The notes beneath the pieces are model-generated. The model saw nothing but the letters and a program-made list of their open reading frames with translations, was not told the origin of the DNA and made no database searches. Positions 25,850 through 34,474 of a stretch of DNA of 44,201 bases are shown here, one piece after another. The stretch is from a virus (taxonomy: Duplodnaviria > Caudoviricetes). Numbering within the stretch: position 1 is the first letter of the stretch; every line of letters begins with the position of its first letter. The stretch spans positions 1-44,201 of the IMG/VR virus record IMGVR_UViG_3300048861_000253; one strand, written 5' to 3'. A program made the position numbers and the translations under genes.

Positions 25850-26189
25850 ATCCGTCACTTTCGGCGCGATCAAGACGCTGGCGGGGGGTCGCGTATATCC
25901 GGACGTCGCGCCGACTGGCGCCGCGCTGCCGCGAATCGTCTATCAGAGCGTCGGCGGAACGGACGAAACGACGTTCGACGGCGCCGACACGCTGCAAAAC
26001 AGCCGCATGCAGGTTTCGGTCTGGTCCACCAGCCGAAGCGAAGCGGCAACCATCATTCAACAGGTTCGTGCTGCGCTGACTGCCGAGCCTGTTCGTGGCG
26101 TGCCGATCGGCGCGCCGGTGAGCGTCTTCGAAGACGAAACGAAGCTTTTCGGCAGTCAGCAGGATTATTCAATCTGGTTTAAGGAGTGA
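25836..26189 (+). CDS. Tail terminator (DUF3168)
   Basis: RVYPD.AP...P.IVYQ.VGG, RMQV.VW, D..IW. Confidence 0.85.
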   Translation: MASAESVTFGAIKTLAGGRVYPDVAPTGAALPRIVYQSVGGTDETTFDGADTLQNSRMQVSVWSTSRSEAATIIQQVRAALTAEPVRGVPIGAPVSVFEDETKLFGSQQDYSIWFKE

Positions 26190-26193
26190 AAAT

Positions 26194-26628
26194 ATGCCCA
26201 GCACCGCAATGAGCGCCCAAGGTAGCCAGTTCTTCGTCAACACGGCTGCCGACGGCGCGGCACAACCCACCTGGACCAAGGTGAAGAACGTCAAGTCGTA
26301 CAGCGGCTTCGACGGCAGCGCGAGCGAAATCGACGTCACCGATCTGGACTCGACGGCAAAAGAAAAGCGCCTCGGCCTGATCGACAACGGCTCGTTTTCG
26401 ATCGACGTCAACGTCGATATGACGGACGCAGGCCAACTGGCGTTGAAGACGGCCCAGAAGGCGTCGAGCCTGGAGTCGTTCAAGCTGCAGTATCCGGACG
26501 GCACGGCCTCAACCTTCGACGGGTTCGTCAAGTCGTTCCCGATCGCCGGTGGTACCGATGCAGTCATCACGTCGACCGTCGCGCTCACGATTTCGGGCCC
26601 GGTGACCGACGTTCCGGCGGGGACCTAA
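26194..26628 (+). CDS. Major tail tube protein
   Basis: EIDVTDLDS..KE...GL.D.G; F.GFV; ISG. Confidence 0.9.
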   Translation: MPSTAMSAQGSQFFVNTAADGAAQPTWTKVKNVKSYSGFDGSASEIDVTDLDSTAKEKRLGLIDNGSFSIDVNVDMTDAGQLALKTAQKASSLESFKLQYPDGTASTFDGFVKSFPIAGGTDAVITSTVALTISGPVTDVPAGT

Positions 26629-26631
26629 GCC

Positions 26632-27018
26632 ATGCTGAATCGCAGTCAGATCTTTGCGACGAACGACCTTAAGAGCGAGGTCGTCGACGTGCCCGAGTGG
26701 GGCGGTCAGGTGAAGGTGGTCGTGATGACCGGCCTCGCCCGCGACGCGTTTCAGAAGGCGAACAGCGAAGCGCCGCGCGCGGTGAGCTTCTTCGAAGGCA
26801 CTCTCGTCGTGGCGACGGTCGTCGGAGACGACGGCCAACCGCTCTTCACCGAGGACGACATTCCGCTGCTGCAGCAACGCAGCGCGACTGTTGTTTCGCG
26901 CATCGCCGCGGTCGCGATGCGTCTCAACGGCCTGGGCGCCAAGGCGACGGAGGATGCGGAAAAAAACTCCGAAGCCGCCCAGAGCGGCTCTTCTGGTTCC
27001 GACTCGCCCGCGAACTAG
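26632..27018 (+). CDS. Tail assembly chaperone G
   Basis: VPEWGG; LFT.DD; EKN at slippery site. Confidence 0.85.
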   Translation: MLNRSQIFATNDLKSEVVDVPEWGGQVKVVVMTGLARDAFQKANSEAPRAVSFFEGTLVVATVVGDDGQPLFTEDDIPLLQQRSATVVSRIAAVAMRLNGLGAKATEDAEKNSEAAQSGSSGSDSPAN

Positions 27019-27335
27019 GCAAGTCGGTCGCGCGCTGTCAGGCGGAAGTCGACAGCGCGGAATTCACCGAATGGCTCGCCTATTCTCAGATCGAGCCGTT
27101 CGGCACGCAGATGGAAGACCTTCGCGCCGGCGTGATTGCGGCCGCCACGTACAACGTCAACCGCGATACCAAAAGGCGGCCCGAGCCGTTAGGGCCGTCA
27201 GATGTCATCCCATGGATCGGCGGCCTCGTGAAGCGGGAAGAGCCTGGGCCGATCCTGCTTGATGACCCTGTCGCGCAATCGAACCTGATGCGCGCGTCTA
27301 TCTTCGGACGTTCCCGCAATGCCAAAGCTGCTTGA
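26960..27335 (+). CDS. Tail assembly chaperone T part (G-T fusion via -1 frameshift)
   Basis: A AAA AAC heptamer at 26961-26967; -1 frame reads RPERLFWFRLARELG...EW.AY..IEPFG. Confidence 0.85.
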
Positions 27336-27753
27336 GATCACGAATCCCGATGGATTCCCGGAGTTGCTTCGCCGCATGGGCGATGCACTCGGGGAGTCTG
27401 CTATTCGGACGGCCGGCGCAGCGGCCGCGAGCGTCGTGCTCGAAGAGGCAAAGCGGCGTGTGCCGGTTGGTTGGATCGAGCGGCATCAAGGCACGAAGAA
27501 ATTCCCGATCGGCTTCGGGCGGGATTCGATGCTTGTCGCGTACCTGCCGGAGAAATCCGTGACCGGCCGGCAGGCGACTTACATGGTGACGTGGGCGAAG
27601 GATGCGTTCTATCTCCGCTTCGTCGAATACGGAACCTCGAAGATGGCGGCTCAGCCGTTCTTTCGACCGGCCATCGACGCGACGAAGATGGCGCAGGACT
27701 ATGCAGTGATCGAAGCGTTGAATCAAAAGATCGCGGAGGCGAAACTTGGCTAA
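27319..27753 (+). CDS. HK97 gp10-family neck/tail-completion protein
   Basis: FY.RFVEYGTSKMAAQPF.RPA signature. Confidence 0.88.
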   Translation: MPKLLEITNPDGFPELLRRMGDALGESAIRTAGAAAASVVLEEAKRRVPVGWIERHQGTKKFPIGFGRDSMLVAYLPEKSVTGRQATYMVTWAKDAFYLRFVEYGTSKMAAQPFFRPAIDATKMAQDYAVIEALNQKIAEAKLG

Positions 27754-30685
27754 CGAAACGCGGTATGAAGTCAGTGTCGGCGCGGACGGTGTCGCGTCGG
27801 GACTGCAGAAGGCGCGCGCGAGCTGGGCAGCCTATACCGCAACCGTAGAAGACGCCGCGAAGCGCCAAAAGGTGGCGCAGCAGGCAATTGACGAGGCGCG
27901 CGACAACGGCATCGACGTCAATACGCGCATGATGAACGCCACGAAGCGTTTCATCGACTCGCTTGCGCAGGAAGCTGCAACCGCCGGCAAGACGCGCGCG
28001 CAGCTGCTGGAGTTGAAGGCCGCGCAGATGGGTGTTTCGGACGCGGCGTCTGGCTATATCGCGCAGATCAAAGCTGCGTCCGACGCTTCGTCGAGTGCGG
28101 GCGAGTCGGTGCATCAGTTCAGCTTGAACTCCGTCGCGGCGCGCCGCGAATTGGCTGTTCTCGCTCACGAGGCGGCAACAGGTTCGTGGAAGAATTTCGG
28201 CGGTTCCATCATGGTGCTCGCCGAGCGCACGGATGCTTTGTCGCTCGCGTTTAGCGGCACTGGCTTGGCGATCGGCGCAGCCGCAGGCATCATCGGTGGC
28301 TTCATTTATGAAATCGCCAAGGGCGCGGTTTCGATGAATGACCTTGCGCACTCGTCGCAGGTCACGAACGGCTATCTCGGCATGACGTATGACCAGTTCA
28401 ATGCGATGGCGAAGGCGATCGCGGGAACTGGCTCGCAAATCACGACCGTGCAAGTAGCGATGACCGCGCTCGTGTCGAGCGGGCAGATTGCCGCCGATCA
28501 ACTGGCGCTTGCTACCAAGGTCACCGCTGAATTCGCCGAAGACACGGGCATCTCCGCAGACAAAGCCGCGGAAGCACTGGTCAAGTTTGCGAAAGATCCG
28601 CAGAAGGCGCTGGAGGAATTGCAGGAGCAATACCACACGTTCTCGGGCGCTCAGGTCGACGTCATTGAGAACTACATTAAGACGGGCGACAGCGCTTCTG
28701 CCTATAAGGCGATCCTGCAGGGCATGGATCAGGCCCACGAGCAGTTTAAGGAGCACGCGCAAGAGAACATCGGCGTCATCCAGAAGGCGTGGCAGCTATT
28801 GAAGGCCGACGTGATCGACACGATCAATCACATCAGCCAGATAGGTGTGGCGACGTCGAATGCCGACAAGCTTGCCGACGCGACGCAGCGGGTGGCGGAC
28901 GCGCAAGCTAACGTCAATCGCATGGCCGCATTCCCGGGAAGCCTCGGCGCGCAGGCCGCGCAGAAGGGCTTGATAGCCGCAAAAGATCAGCTCGCCGCGC
29001 TTCAGAAGGTAGCGCAGCAACAACAGCAGAACGCGGCGGCGCAAGCGAAGACCGCAGCAGGCGGTGATGCTGCTGTCGCGGTGAACAAGTACCTGAACAG
29101 CACGCAGTATGCGACGCCACTCGATCAGCGCAACCTCGCGCTGAAGAAGGAAAACGCCGACTTCGCCGCCGCGACGAAGGATCTCGACAAGACGGCGACA
29201 GATTACGTCTTGGCAGAAAAGCGGCACGCAGACAACCTCGCGGAGATCGAGAAGCAGTATCAAAGCCGAAACGGTTCCAAGTCAGCGGCGAGCGCGGCTG
29301 CCGCTGCTGCACAGAATGCACTCAGCGCACAGCTTGCGGCGCTGGATCAGGACCAGAAAGACGTAGAGACGAAGCTCAAGGCCTCGCTCGACCACATCAA
29401 GAGCCTGCAGGATCAAGGCCTGATCAGTGAGGAAGACGCGCTCAAGCAGGCGCACGACCAGCGGCAGACGGCCCTTCAGCAGCAGCTTGCAGACCAGCAG
29501 CGCTCTGAAGAAATTGCGAAGGGCAAAAAGCAGAAGTCAGCATTTGAAAAGTATGCAGGCAAAGTCAAGGCCACTCAGGACAAACTGAAGGCGAACGATC
29601 AGCAGTACACCGACGACACCGACAAGTTGGCAAAGCAGCGGCAGCGGTCGCTTGATGTGTACACGGCCGCACTTCAGCAGCAACTTGCCACGCAGCAAGC
29701 GGCGGCCGACACACAGCTCGCCGGGCTGAGCATGGGCAGCAACGACCGTGCGGATTTCGAGCGCCTGCTTGCCATTCGCCAGGACTATGACCGGAAGGTC
29801 ACCGAGCTCGCCAAGCAGCGCACGGAAAACCGCATCGGCCAGCAGCAGTACGACGACGAGCTCGTCGCGACGCAGGACTATTACGCAAAGTCGGTCGCGA
29901 TCGCACAGAAGTCATCCGCGGACATTTGCGCGGCGAATGCGGATTGGACGATCGGCGCGCGGCGCGCGCTCGCGGACTATGCCGATGACGCGGCGAACGT
30001 TGCAGCGTCGACGGCTTCAACGTTTCAGGATGCGTTTCGCGGCATGGAAGACGCGTTCGCGAGCTTCGTTACGACCGGCAAGGTTGATTTCAAGAGTCTC
30101 GCGACGAGCGTCATTGCTGACATCGCGCGCATGCAAGCGCGCGCCGCGATCTCGGGTCTGTTCAATTTCGCCGCGAGCGCCATCAGCTCCTACTTCGCGC
30201 CGGGAACGACAACCGGCAATAGCGCGTATGGCTTCACGACTGGCCTGGAGTCGTCGACAGCTGGCGTCGGCTCGAACTCGTATGCGTTTCATCTCGCTGG
30301 CGGCGGCGCCGTCACCGGCCCTGGCACGCCGACGTCCGACTCGATTCCGGCGTGGTTGTCGAACGGCGAATACGTCATGAGCGCGGACGCGGTGCGGCGC
30401 ATCGGCGTGGGCGCGCTCGACGCGGCCAACGAGGGGCGGCACGTGCACAGCATGGCGCGCTTCGCGAGCGGCGGCTATGTCGGTTCCACGGCGGCTTCCT
30501 CGCGCTCAGGCGGCGACATCAACATCGACGTTCCTGTAACGGTTCCGGGCGGCGCTGACGCTGGCGCGAACGCATCGGGCGCGGCGGACCTGAACAAAAA
30601 GATCACTGCCGCTATCAAGGCGGTCATCAACAACGAGCGGCGCCAGGGCGGTGCGCTCTGGAAGATGCAGAACGGGATCGCGTAA
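27746..30685 (+). CDS. Tape measure protein
   Basis: 979 aa Ala-rich helical; lambda-like C-terminus F.S.A.SV.ADIAR, GPGT.TSDSIPA.LSNGEYV. Confidence 0.93.
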   Translation: MANETRYEVSVGADGVASGLQKARASWAAYTATVEDAAKRQKVAQQAIDEARDNGIDVNTRMMNATKRFIDSLAQEAATAGKTRAQLLELKAAQMGVSDAASGYIAQIKAASDASSSAGESVHQFSLNSVAARRELAVLAHEAATGSWKNFGGSIMVLAERTDALSLAFSGTGLAIGAAAGIIGGFIYEIAKGAVSMNDLAHSSQVTNGYLGMTYDQFNAMAKAIAGTGSQITTVQVAMTALVSSGQIAADQLALATKVTAEFAEDTGISADKAAEALVKFAKDPQKALEELQEQYHTFSGAQVDVIENYIKTGDSASAYKAILQGMDQAHEQFKEHAQENIGVIQKAWQLLKADVIDTINHISQIGVATSNADKLADATQRVADAQANVNRMAAFPGSLGAQAAQKGLIAAKDQLAALQKVAQQQQQNAAAQAKTAAGGDAAVAVNKYLNSTQYATPLDQRNLALKKENADFAAATKDLDKTATDYVLAEKRHADNLAEIEKQYQSRNGSKSAASAAAAAAQNALSAQLAALDQDQKDVETKLKASLDHIKSLQDQGLISEEDALKQAHDQRQTALQQQLADQQRSEEIAKGKKQKSAFEKYAGKVKATQDKLKANDQQYTDDTDKLAKQRQRSLDVYTAALQQQLATQQAAADTQLAGLSMGSNDRADFERLLAIRQDYDRKVTELAKQRTENRIGQQQYDDELVATQDYYAKSVAIAQKSSADICAANADWTIGARRALADYADDAANVAASTASTFQDAFRGMEDAFASFVTTGKVDFKSLATSVIADIARMQARAAISGLFNFAASAISSYFAPGTTTGNSAYGFTTGLESSTAGVGSNSYAFHLAGGGAVTGPGTPTSDSIPAWLSNGEYVMSADAVRRIGVGALDAANEGRHVHSMARFASGGYVGSTAASSRSGGDINIDVPVTVPGGADAGANASGAADLNKKITAAIKAVINNERRQGGALWKMQNGIA

Positions 30686-31026
30686 TGGCCGACACCTTTA
30701 TCTGGAAGCCGACCGTCGCGAGTTCGTCCGGCAGCACGACGCTGAAGACGCGCAAGGCTCAATTCGGCGACGGGTACGAGCAGCGTGTCGCTGATGGCCT
30801 CAACAACTCGTCGTCGACCTTCAGCCTGCAGTTCGTCAACGACGCCGCGACAATCGGCGCGATTCTCGCGTTCCTACGGGCGCATGCCGGCGCGACCTCG
30901 TTCCTGTGGACGCCGCTCCTGTGGACGGCTCCAGCGTTCTTCACCTGCGAATCATTCTCCGAGCCGACGCGTGACGGCAACGTCTACACGATCACTGCGA
31001 CGTTCGATCAAACCTTCGCTCCATAA
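30685..31026 (+). CDS. Distal tail protein (lambda gpM-like)
   Basis: FGDGYEQR..DGLN; SFLWTP; ATF.Q.F. Confidence 0.9.
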   Translation: MADTFIWKPTVASSSGSTTLKTRKAQFGDGYEQRVADGLNNSSSTFSLQFVNDAATIGAILAFLRAHAGATSFLWTPLLWTAPAFFTCESFSEPTRDGNVYTITATFDQTFAP

Positions 31027-31032
31027 AATCCG

Positions 31033-32457
31033 ATGACAGCTCTCCAGAAAGTCAGCCTCGGCACGCCGCCGACCGGGTCTGACGGCGACACTACGCGCAT
31101 TGCAAACACGAAGGCGAACGCGAACGTCGACGTGCTGACGAAGCAGGCGACTTTGACGTCGATTGCCGCGTTGACGGCGGTGCGCGCTTTGACTGCCGCC
31201 GACGTCGGCCAGCGCATTACGTTCAGCTTCACCGGTGCGCAGACGGTCACACTACCGCTCGCGTCGACCTGTGCCGCAGATCAAGTGCTTCTCCTGCGCA
31301 ATGCCGGCGCGTCGGTGGTCACGCTCGCGAAAGCCACGGGCTCGTCCGATACGGTCGGCCTGAGCAAACTGAACCCAGGCGAAACGACTGTCCTCGACTC
31401 CGACGGCGCGTCGAAGTGGTCCGTGCTCGAACGCGGGCGTAGCAACTCCGACAATGAAGTTGTTAACGGCACGTTGGCCGTGGGCGGCGCAGCAACCCTC
31501 ACAGGCGGACTCACTGCCGGGGGCGCGACAATCACGCAGGCAGACAACACGGCGAGCACGGTTGCCGTAAGCATTACGTCCAAAAACGGAGCCACCTCGC
31601 TTAACCTAAGCTACGGTCAGATCTGGACTCCTGCTGGATGGACTCTGAATCTAACAGGCGGGGCCGGTCTTATCCTGAATGGCGGGACCGGTAACGTGTC
31701 GGTCACTAGCCCCGCGACATTCTCAGCGCGTCCCACCTTTGCGGGCAACACTCCTTGGGACTCGGGAAACTTCAACCCGGCCGCGATCTCCGCTTCCACG
31801 ACAATGACGTTCACTGTGAACGGGTCGGAACGGCAGCGGATCGACGCGAGCGGCTTCGTTCATATCAACGAGACCAGCGGTTGGATCGGCGCGCCCCTGT
31901 CTGTCCGAGCGACCAGCGCTACCACTGCGTGGGCGATTTCGTCTTACGGCGCCTATCAGTCAGGTGGTGGTTGCTACCTCGGGCGCGTTGAATCACCCTC
32001 AACCGCGTACGCCGCTTGGTACTTCGGAGCCAACCAGGTTGGGTCCATTACATGCAACAACGGCGCGGCCACGAGCTACAACACGACATCGGATTACCGG
32101 CTCAAGGCCAACTACGCACCGATCCCTGATGCATCGGCTGCCCTGAGCCGCATCAAGTTCTATCAGGGCGAATTCAAGGCTGCGCCGGGCGTCCTCGCGC
32201 ACTATGTTCTCGCCCATGAACTGCAGGAGGTGGTGCCTTCTGCAGTATCCGGCGAGAAGGACGCGGTGGGTGACTGGTATCCCGTGTACCGCAGCGGCTA
32301 CGAGCCATCGAACGTTCAGCCGGATGACATAGTGGGAGCAGAGCAGGAGATTATCCCGCAGGCGGTGGACTATTCGAAGCTGGTTCCGCTACTCGGCGCC
32401 GCATTGCAAGACGCGCTCGCGCGCATCGCCGCGCTAGAAGCGAAGGCCGCCGCATGA
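31033..32457 (+). CDS. Tail fibre with C-terminal S74 intramolecular chaperone
   Basis: LGTPP.G.DGD..R anchor; TTSDYRLK...LAHELQEV.P.AV...VDYSKL. Confidence 0.88.
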   Translation: MTALQKVSLGTPPTGSDGDTTRIANTKANANVDVLTKQATLTSIAALTAVRALTAADVGQRITFSFTGAQTVTLPLASTCAADQVLLLRNAGASVVTLAKATGSSDTVGLSKLNPGETTVLDSDGASKWSVLERGRSNSDNEVVNGTLAVGGAATLTGGLTAGGATITQADNTASTVAVSITSKNGATSLNLSYGQIWTPAGWTLNLTGGAGLILNGGTGNVSVTSPATFSARPTFAGNTPWDSGNFNPAAISASTTMTFTVNGSERQRIDASGFVHINETSGWIGAPLSVRATSATTAWAISSYGAYQSGGGCYLGRVESPSTAYAAWYFGANQVGSITCNNGAATSYNTTSDYRLKANYAPIPDASAALSRIKFYQGEFKAAPGVLAHYVLAHELQEVVPSAVSGEKDAVGDWYPVYRSGYEPSNVQPDDIVGAEQEIIPQAVDYSKLVPLLGAALQDALARIAALEAKAAA

Positions 32458-33134
32458 CGATCGCCGCCGACATCCAGCAACTCGAGCCGGGCCGTCTGGT
32501 CGAGATGTTCGAGGTCGACTGCACGGCGATAGGCGGGGACATGCTGCGCTTTCAAGGTCACCTTCAGACCGCATCGATCTTCTGGCAGGGCAACGAATAC
32601 AAGCCGTGGCCGATCGAGGCGACCGGCTTCGAGCATACGTCCGACGCGCAGCAGCCAGAACCCAAGCTGACAGTCGGAAACGTCGACGGCACGATCAGCG
32701 CGCTGTGCGTATTCCTTGCGGACATGGTCGGCGCGAAGGTGCGGCGCCGGCGCACGCTGAGCAAGTATCTCGACGCGGTGAATTTCCCGGGCGGCAACCC
32801 GACGGCAGATCCGTCCGAAGAGATGGCCGCCGAGCTCTGGTACATCGAGCAGAAGAGCAGCGAGACGAACGTGCAGGTCGAATTCACGCTCTCATCTGCG
32901 CTGGACTTCGGCGGCCAGCAGCTTCCTGCTCGCCAGATCGTGACCATCTGCCAATGGCAGTACCGCGACGCGAACTGCGGTTACACGGGCACGGCCTACT
33001 TCGATGCGAACGATCAGCCGGTGGGCGATCCCGCGCTCGATCAGTGCAGCAAACGAATCAGCGGCTGCGAATGCCGTTTCGGCGTCAACGAGCCGCTCAG
33101 CTTCGGCGGCTTCCTCAGCGACACCCTTTCCTGA
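32454..33134 (+). CDS. Tail tip protein L
   Basis: I.WQG.EY..WP, KYLDA.NF, C.W.YR...CGY, CSK..SGC.CRFG. Confidence 0.93.
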   Translation: MTIAADIQQLEPGRLVEMFEVDCTAIGGDMLRFQGHLQTASIFWQGNEYKPWPIEATGFEHTSDAQQPEPKLTVGNVDGTISALCVFLADMVGAKVRRRRTLSKYLDAVNFPGGNPTADPSEEMAAELWYIEQKSSETNVQVEFTLSSALDFGGQQLPARQIVTICQWQYRDANCGYTGTAYFDANDQPVGDPALDQCSKRISGCECRFGVNEPLSFGGFLSDTLS

Positions 33135-33886
33135 TGAACGAAGAGACGAAAAAAGCGATCGCGGATCACGCGCTCGCGGAATACCCGCGCGAGTCGTGCG
33201 GGCTCGTTGTGTCGCACGACGGACTCGAGCGGTATGTGCCGTGCCGCAACCTGTCGGCGGCGCCCGGCGAGCACTTCGTGATGTCGCCCGAGGACTACGC
33301 GCTCGCTGAGGACATGGGGCCGATCATCGCCGTCGTGCACTCGCATCCCGGCGCGCCGGCGCGGCCGAGCATGGCCGACAAGACGATGGCCGAGAAGAGC
33401 GGCGTCGATAAGTGGGTGATCATCTCTGTCGGCGTTCAGGCCGACGGCGCCAATGGCGTCGAGGATTGGTGCGAGTTCGGCCCGAGCGGCTATGTCGCGC
33501 CGCTCATCGGGCGCGAGTGGGCACACGGCACGCTCGACTGCTACGGCATCGTGCGCGACTGGTATCGCGTCGAGCGCGGCATTGATCTGCCGGACTTTGA
33601 CCGCGCGGACCGCTGGTGGGAAGACGGCGCGTCGAACCTCTACATGGAGCACTTCGCCGAGGCCGGGTTTGTCGACGTTGGCCAGAGCGCTGAGCTGCAG
33701 CCGGGCGACGTCCTGCTGATGCAGATCCGCAGCAAGAACGACGTCCCGAATCACGCAGGCATCTACCTCGGCGACAACATCATGCTGCATCACATGTATG
33801 GCCGCCTTTCGGGCCGTACGGTCTGGGGCGGCATGTGGGCGCACGCGCTGCGCACCGTGCTTCGGTACAAAGGGGTCGCACCGTGA
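33134..33886 (+). CDS. Tail assembly protein K (JAB plus NlpC/P60)
   Basis: YP.ESCG, HSHP...PS..D, DCY, NHAGIY. Confidence 0.93.
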   Translation: MNEETKKAIADHALAEYPRESCGLVVSHDGLERYVPCRNLSAAPGEHFVMSPEDYALAEDMGPIIAVVHSHPGAPARPSMADKTMAEKSGVDKWVIISVGVQADGANGVEDWCEFGPSGYVAPLIGREWAHGTLDCYGIVRDWYRVERGIDLPDFDRADRWWEDGASNLYMEHFAEAGFVDVGQSAELQPGDVLLMQIRSKNDVPNHAGIYLGDNIMLHHMYGRLSGRTVWGGMWAHALRTVLRYKGVAP

Positions 33887-34473
33887 GCGACAAGCTTCGA
33901 ACCATCCGCCTCTATGGCGTTCTCGGCGCGCGCTTCGGGCGCGTGCACCGGCTCGCCGTTGCGTCCACGACGGAAGCGGTGCGCGCGCTTAGCGTGCTCC
34001 TGCCGGGCTTCAAGAAATTCATGCTCTGCGCGAAGGACAGCGGTCTGACGTTCGCCGTTTTCAATGGGCGCCGCAATCTAGCCGAGGATGAGCTTGAACA
34101 ACCGGTCGGTGATGACGAGATACGTATCGCGCCTGTCCTCGCCGGCAGCAAGAGTGGTGGACTGTTCCAAACGATTCTCGGTGCCGCGCTGATTGCAGTA
34201 TCGGTCGTCAACCCAGCAGGGTTCCTGGGCGCAACAGCGGCATCGACGCTGTTCGGGCTCGGCGCGTCGATGGCGCTGGGCGGCGTCATTCAGATGTTGA
34301 GTCCGCAGACGACCGGCCTCGCTAGCACTAGCGGAGACAACGGCACTTCCTACTATTTCAATGGCCCGGTGAACAGCGTCGCGCAGGGCGATGCAGTGCC
34401 GATTGTCTACGGTCGCATGCGCGTCGGCTCGAAGGTGATCAGCGCCGGCATTTACGCGGAAGATCAGGCCTGA
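33883..34473 (+). CDS. Tail assembly protein I
   Basis: IRLYG.LG.RFGR; FQTILGA; VPIVYG...VGS.VIS. Confidence 0.92.
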   Translation: MSDKLRTIRLYGVLGARFGRVHRLAVASTTEAVRALSVLLPGFKKFMLCAKDSGLTFAVFNGRRNLAEDELEQPVGDDEIRIAPVLAGSKSGGLFQTILGAALIAVSVVNPAGFLGATAASTLFGLGASMALGGVIQMLSPQTTGLASTSGDNGTSYYFNGPVNSVAQGDAVPIVYGRMRVGSKVISAGIYAEDQA

Positions 34474-34474
34474 T

